Origin: Chthoniobacteraceae bacterium
GTDB lineage: Bacteria; Verrucomicrobiota; Verrucomicrobiia; Chthoniobacterales; Chthoniobacteraceae
DNA: 42,046 bases
NCBI GenBank assembly: GCA_031409655.1
Contig: JANNXQ010000084.1
Coordinates: 1-42,046, forward strand
Direction of reading: 5' to 3'
Shown here: piece after piece, positions 37,716 through 42,046 of the stretch
Layout: every line of letters starts with the position of its first letter
How positions within the stretch are numbered: the stretch's first letter is position 1
Notes under the pieces: generated by a model
What the model was told of the DNA's origin: nothing
The model's input: only the letters and a program-made list of their open reading frames with translations
The model's database searches: none
Program-made: the position numbers and the translations under genes

Positions 37716-39827
37716 TCAGTTCACGAAGCGGAAGGCGGCGCTGGAAAAGAGCCCGCGGGCGAGGCTGGTCCACGCGGCCTTCTCATCGCCGGGGAGGCGA
37801 CTGAGCAGCATGCGGGCAGCTTGCTGCTCGGTGGCATCGGGTGGGCGGTTGAAGATGAGCCTGCAGGCGAGGGCGAAGCGCCCTTCGAAATCGGCGTGCG
37901 CGGCGAGCACGCGCTCGGCAAGTCGGCGCGACTGCTTTTCGACGAAGTCGCTATTCATCAGGAAGAGTGATTGCGTCGGCACGCCGGTCACTTCGCGCGC
38001 GCCGCGCACCGTCGCGCCATCGGGAAAATCGAAGACGGCGAGCAACTCGGGCGGCACGTTGCGCGCGATGGGCAGGTAGAGCGAGCGAGCGTCGGAGCCA
38101 GCCTTCGCGACTTCCTCCTCGGTGATCGCGCGGTTGCGCGGCCCACCAATCGGGCCGTCACCTGCGCGCGCGATGAGCGAGACGGACGGTGTGAGATCGA
38201 GCGCGCCGCTCGCCGACAGCATCGCGTCCCGAATGCTCTCGGCGTCGAGCCGGCGCGGGCTGTGACGCCAGAGCAGCGTGTTGTCCGGGTCGGCGGCGAG
38301 AGCGGCGGCATCATTCGTCGCGGCGAGTTGATACGTGCGGCTGAGCACGATCTCGCGGATGAGTTTCTTCACCGACCAGCTGTCGGCGATGAACTTCGCC
38401 GCGAGGTAATCGAGCAACTCCGGATGGCTCGGCGCGTCGCCGGTCGTGCCGAAGTTATCCACGCTCGCGACCAGGCCGCGCCCGAAGAGCCAGTGCCACA
38501 CGCGGTTCACGATCACGCGCGCCGCGAGCGGATTTTGCGGAGAGGTGAGCCACTGCGCGAGTTCGAGCCGGCCGCTCGAATTGGCAGGAATCGCTGGCGT
38601 CAGCCCGAGCAAGGCCGGCAGCGCGCGCGGCACCGCATCGCCTTGCTTGCCGATGTCTCCACGGGAGAAAAGCGGCGCGTCGGCGATGATCTCGAAACCG
38701 CTCGTGCGGCGGCCGCGACCGGGATTCGGCGCGCCCTGCCGCGGGCCGCGTGTGGGTGCGGTCAACGGCTTTTCGAGCACGCCCATCGCGAGCGTCTTGG
38801 GCTGCCCGCTGGCGTCGAAATTCGCCCGCTCCGCATCGAGCTGCGCGGACTGCGTGAAGATGCGGACGACATCGAACGCGCTCATCCCGCTCGTGCTGCT
38901 CATGCGGTTCGGATTGTCCGGCGCGCGGTCGGCGAGGATGCGGCGGAGTTCGCCGCGCAGTTCCTCGTTGCGCGCCAGCTTGCGCTCGCGCTCATCGGGC
39001 GGCATCGGCTTCGCGACGACGGGCAGGCCGATATCCGCGGGCAATTCGATGAGCGCACCGAGGTTCCGCCCCTGCACCCCGCCGGGCGTGCCGTAGCGCG
39101 TGTCGGTCGAGAGAAAGATGCCGGCGAGCGCCGTGTAGTCGCGCTGCGAGACGGGATCGAACTTGTGGTCGTGACAGCGCGCGCAGCCGAAAGTCATCCC
39201 GAGAATGGCCTCGCCCACGGCGGAAATTTGTTCATCCGCGAGGTCCACCGCGAACTGCCGCGGATTCGTTTCGTTGAGCGACTTCGTGCCGACGGCGAGG
39301 AACCCGGTCGCGATGAGATTCTGCGCGCGCTCCCGCGAATCGCGCGCTGGCAGCAGGTCGCCGGCGATCTGTTCCTGGACGAAACGGTCGTAGGGCCTAT
39401 CCGCATTGAACGCCGCGATCACGTAATCGCGATAACGCCACGCATTCGGGAACGTGACGTTTTCATCGCGCCCGCTCGATTCCGCGTAGCGCGCCACGTC
39501 GAGCCAGTGGCGGCCCCAGCGCTCACCGAAACGCGGCGAGGCGAGCAGCGTGTCCACGGTCGATGCCTCGAGCTTCTCGGAGGATGGCGGCAGGCCGGTG
39601 AGATCGAAGGAGAGTCGGCGGAGCAACGTCAGGGAGTCGGCGTCCCCGACGGGCTTGAGACCTTTCGCCTCGAGCGCGACGAGAATGAAACGGTCGATGT
39701 CCGTTTTCGCCCACGCCGCGTTCTTCGGCTGCGGCACGTTCACCTTCTTCAGCGGTTGAAACGCCCACCAGTCATCGGCGTGAGCCGTGAAGGCAGCGAA
39801 GCAGAACAGGAGCGCGCGCGCCTTCAT
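37716..39827 (-). CDS. DUF1549/DUF1553 (PSD1) protein
   Basis: WWAFQP, IDRFI, GERWGRHWLDVARYAES, CARCHDHKFDP, VNRVWHWLFGRG, PSHPELLD; start MKARAL. Confidence 0.92.
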   Translation of the reverse strand: MKARALLFCFAAFTAHADDWWAFQPLKKVNVPQPKNAAWAKTDIDRFILVALEAKGLKPVGDADSLTLLRRLSFDLTGLPPSSEKLEASTVDTLLASPRFGERWGRHWLDVARYAESSGRDENVTFPNAWRYRDYVIAAFNADRPYDRFVQEQIAGDLLPARDSRERAQNLIATGFLAVGTKSLNETNPRQFAVDLADEQISAVGEAILGMTFGCARCHDHKFDPVSQRDYTALAGIFLSTDTRYGTPGGVQGRNLGALIELPADIGLPVVAKPMPPDERERKLARNEELRGELRRILADRAPDNPNRMSSTSGMSAFDVVRIFTQSAQLDAERANFDASGQPKTLAMGVLEKPLTAPTRGPRQGAPNPGRGRRTSGFEIIADAPLFSRGDIGKQGDAVPRALPALLGLTPAIPANSSGRLELAQWLTSPQNPLAARVIVNRVWHWLFGRGLVASVDNFGTTGDAPSHPELLDYLAAKFIADSWSVKKLIREIVLSRTYQLAATNDAAALAADPDNTLLWRHSPRRLDAESIRDAMLSASGALDLTPSVSLIARAGDGPIGGPRNRAITEEEVAKAGSDARSLYLPIARNVPPELLAVFDFPDGATVRGAREVTGVPTQSLFLMNSDFVEKQSRRLAERVLAAHADFEGRFALACRLIFNRPPDATEQQAARMLLSRLPGDEKAAWTSLARGLFSSAAFRFVN

Positions 39828-42046
39828 GGCGTATCGATCGTGTCGTAAGTGTCCACGGAATCGCGCCGCACCCGATAGAAGCCCTTGGTGCCCGGCGCGC
39901 TGATCGTGCGCGGCGTGGCGAAGGCTGCGCCGGGGACGTTCGTCGCGGCGTTGGTCCACCCGCTTGTAAGGTCGGGGTTCTGCTCGATGGTGTAGCGTCC
40001 GCCTTCCACAGAGGACCACGTGAGCGTCACCTGCCCGCCGTTCTTCGTCAGGTCTTGCACAGCGAGCTCGGCGAGTTCCCCGCCCTGGTAGGTCGTGACG
40101 TTTGGCGAATCCACGGCGGTGAAGCCGACGGTCGAGGCGGCGCCATAGTTGCCGCCCTGTTTCACGCCGTAGTATTGCCGTCCGATGATGTAGGGATACG
40201 CGGGCGAGTTGTCCGCCGCGAGCGTGACGAAGTAGGCGTAGGTGCCGGCGGGAAATTCCGGCGTCACGCACCAGCGGCCATTGTAGCGGTCGAGGTCGAA
40301 AGTGACGCCTTGCGCGAAGCCGCGATCGGCGAGGTGGTCGAAGTCTTGCAGATACCACCCGAGCGGCTGGCTCGGGTTCACGGCGGGGCCATTCGGCGTG
40401 CTGGCGTGGCCGGCGTCGAGCGCCCACTGCGGGAGAGTGGTGCGGCCCATGGTGTTGAGGTTCGTCGTGCCAAAGCTGCCGTCGCGCATCACGAAGCCGC
40501 TCACCATGCGACGCACGCCGCTCCCGGCGTCGTTCGCGGTCGCGTAGCCGAAGGGGCCGTAGATCGGGTAGCCGTCGAACGACCAGCCGAGAATCGGTGA
40601 GTGCAGCGGCGGCGTGATGGCTTCGGTGTAGGTGTGCGTCGCGGCGGTGTAGTTCACGTGGTCGCCGAGTTCGTAGCGCAGCGCCATCGGGTTGATGTGA
40701 TGATGGCTTTCGCCCGTGAATGGCTGATGCGACCCGGCGGGATCGAAAGTCAGCCCTTCCGCGAAGCGTGCATTGCGCGTCCAGCTCTCCCGGCCATTGG
40801 CGTTGGTATTCACATCGGCGGTGCCATTCCAATAGAAGGCATCGAGCTGGTTGTGAATGATGGAGCTGTTCACCCAGATCGCGATCGGGCCGAAGTTGGT
40901 ATTCGAGCGGGTGACGGCCGGCGTGGGCCGACGCGGGATGCGCGTGAGCATGTCCCATTTGTTCGGGTAATTGACGAAGAGCTGCGTCTTCGCCACGTCG
41001 AAATACCATGGGCCCATTGTGTAATGCGGCAGCGAACTGCCTTTCACATAGACCCAGTTCGCCGATACCCGCACCGATTCGATGCCTGCATAGACGGGGG
41101 TCGCCTGGGTGCCGTTCTGCACCGCGCCGCTCGGGGCCCACGTCGTCACGCTGCTGCCCGCGAGTGCGGCGGCCTGTGTCCGGTAAATGCGCGCGTATTC
41201 CGCGCCGGTCACTTTCTGCCAGAATGTTTCGACCGGCGCGTCGAGCGGATTCGCGGGCGAGACGGCGCCGGCGAGTTGCGCGGTGAGTTCGTTGTAGTTC
41301 GCCTGCTGCGTGCCGTTGAGCGTTCCGAGCAGGAGGTTCGTCAGCTCGTTTGGATCCGTGGGCACGAAGTAGAGTTCCTCGTGATTGTCATTGAAGCGGA
41401 TCAGCTTGTAGCCAGCCGCGTTTCGCACCGTGCGTCCGGAGTCTGCCGCGGCGATCGCGGCGCCCGATTCCTCAGCGTAGCCGTAGCGGGTGCTGTCGGG
41501 TTGGCTCTTCAAAATGGGCAGGAGGCTCTTCGCATCGAGAGGGTTCGTCCCGGGCTGGGTGCTCACCACGTCGATGCCGGCGAGTTCGAGGATGGTGGAA
41601 TACAGATCGGCCACGTTCGCCAGCGCAGCGCTCTCGCGATTCGGAGATACGACATCCGGACCGGCGATGATCAGCGGCACACGCACGCCGCCTTCGTAGA
41701 GCGAATCCTTTGAATGCCCGGTGCCGAAGGGCGTCTGGATGACTTGGTTCGGCGAACCATTGTCGCCCACGAAAATGATCATCGTATTCGCGCGCACCGC
41801 GGGAGTCATGCTGCTGAGCAGGCGGCCAATCTCGGTGTCCATCGCCTCGACGGCGGCGTTGCGGTGAGTGCGTTGGTTGGCAGCGTTGTTATTGATCGGC
41901 AGCGTCGCCCAGTTCGCCACGGTCGTGTCGTAGGTGTGCAGGGCATCCGGCGGTTTGTGAAAGGGCGTGTGCGGCGCGTTGTAGCCGACCCAGAGGAACC
42001 ACGGAGACGAGCCCCGCGCAGTGATCCACGCGACGGCGTCGTTCGT
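39824..42046 (-). CDS. Sulfatase-family domain fused to YHYH domain (5' end outside the window)
   Basis: Frame open to 42046: YNAPHTPFH, FVGDNG, KDSLYEGGVRVPLI; then SHHH, HSPILGWSFDGYPIYGP, DLDRYNGR, YAYF, YPYIIG. Confidence 0.85.
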   Translation of the reverse strand, partial: TNDAVAWITARGSSPWFLWVGYNAPHTPFHKPPDALHTYDTTVANWATLPINNNAANQRTHRNAAVEAMDTEIGRLLSSMTPAVRANTMIIFVGDNGSPNQVIQTPFGTGHSKDSLYEGGVRVPLIIAGPDVVSPNRESAALANVADLYSTILELAGIDVVSTQPGTNPLDAKSLLPILKSQPDSTRYGYAEESGAAIAAADSGRTVRNAAGYKLIRFNDNHEELYFVPTDPNELTNLLLGTLNGTQQANYNELTAQLAGAVSPANPLDAPVETFWQKVTGAEYARIYRTQAAALAGSSVTTWAPSGAVQNGTQATPVYAGIESVRVSANWVYVKGSSLPHYTMGPWYFDVAKTQLFVNYPNKWDMLTRIPRRPTPAVTRSNTNFGPIAIWVNSSIIHNQLDAFYWNGTADVNTNANGRESWTRNARFAEGLTFDPAGSHQPFTGESHHHINPMALRYELGDHVNYTAATHTYTEAITPPLHSPILGWSFDGYPIYGPFGYATANDAGSGVRRMVSGFVMRDGSFGTTNLNTMGRTTLPQWALDAGHASTPNGPAVNPSQPLGWYLQDFDHLADRGFAQGVTFDLDRYNGRWCVTPEFPAGTYAYFVTLAADNSPAYPYIIGRQYYGVKQGGNYGAASTVGFTAVDSPNVTTYQGGELAELAVQDLTKNGGQVTLTWSSVEGGRYTIEQNPDLTSGWTNAATNVPGAAFATPRTISAPGTKGFYRVRRDSVDTYDTIDTP

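Overview
High-GC bacterial DNA, most consistent with Verrucomicrobia (Chthoniobacter-like), inferred from the DUF1800/DUF1501, DUF1549/DUF1553 and YHYH genes and SD-less leaders. From left to right: (i) ~120 bp of AT-rich foreign sequence truncating an ABC ATPase; (ii) housekeeping genes (metF, ArsC/Spx-like, DUF1232, M20 peptidase, NlpC/P60, PAS hybrid kinase); (iii) a ~9 kb triuret/biuret catabolic locus: trtA plus an NCS2-like permease on one strand, and a CHASE hybrid kinase, NtrC-type activator, porin-like protein, biuH and cupin on the other, with two matching sigma54 promoters each preceded by the same palindromic enhancer; (iv) gyrB and gyrA split by six co-oriented accessory genes (CAP12-type TIR, zeta-like kinase plus partner, Phd/VapC, GxxExxY nuclease-like gene), the last bracketed by two ~145 bp hairpins built of 9-bp units; (v) an STT3-like GT-C membrane protein carrying two apparent in-frame repeat insertions, a flavin disulfide oxidoreductase, a giant DUF1800 protein plus DUF1501, an RND pseudogene, and a sulfatase-YHYH / DUF1549-DUF1553 / DUF1501 operon running off the right end. 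Best novelty candidates: the GxxExxY 9-mer-hairpin cassette and the sigma54 triuret/biuret regulon. All family calls come from motif recognition; no searches were run.
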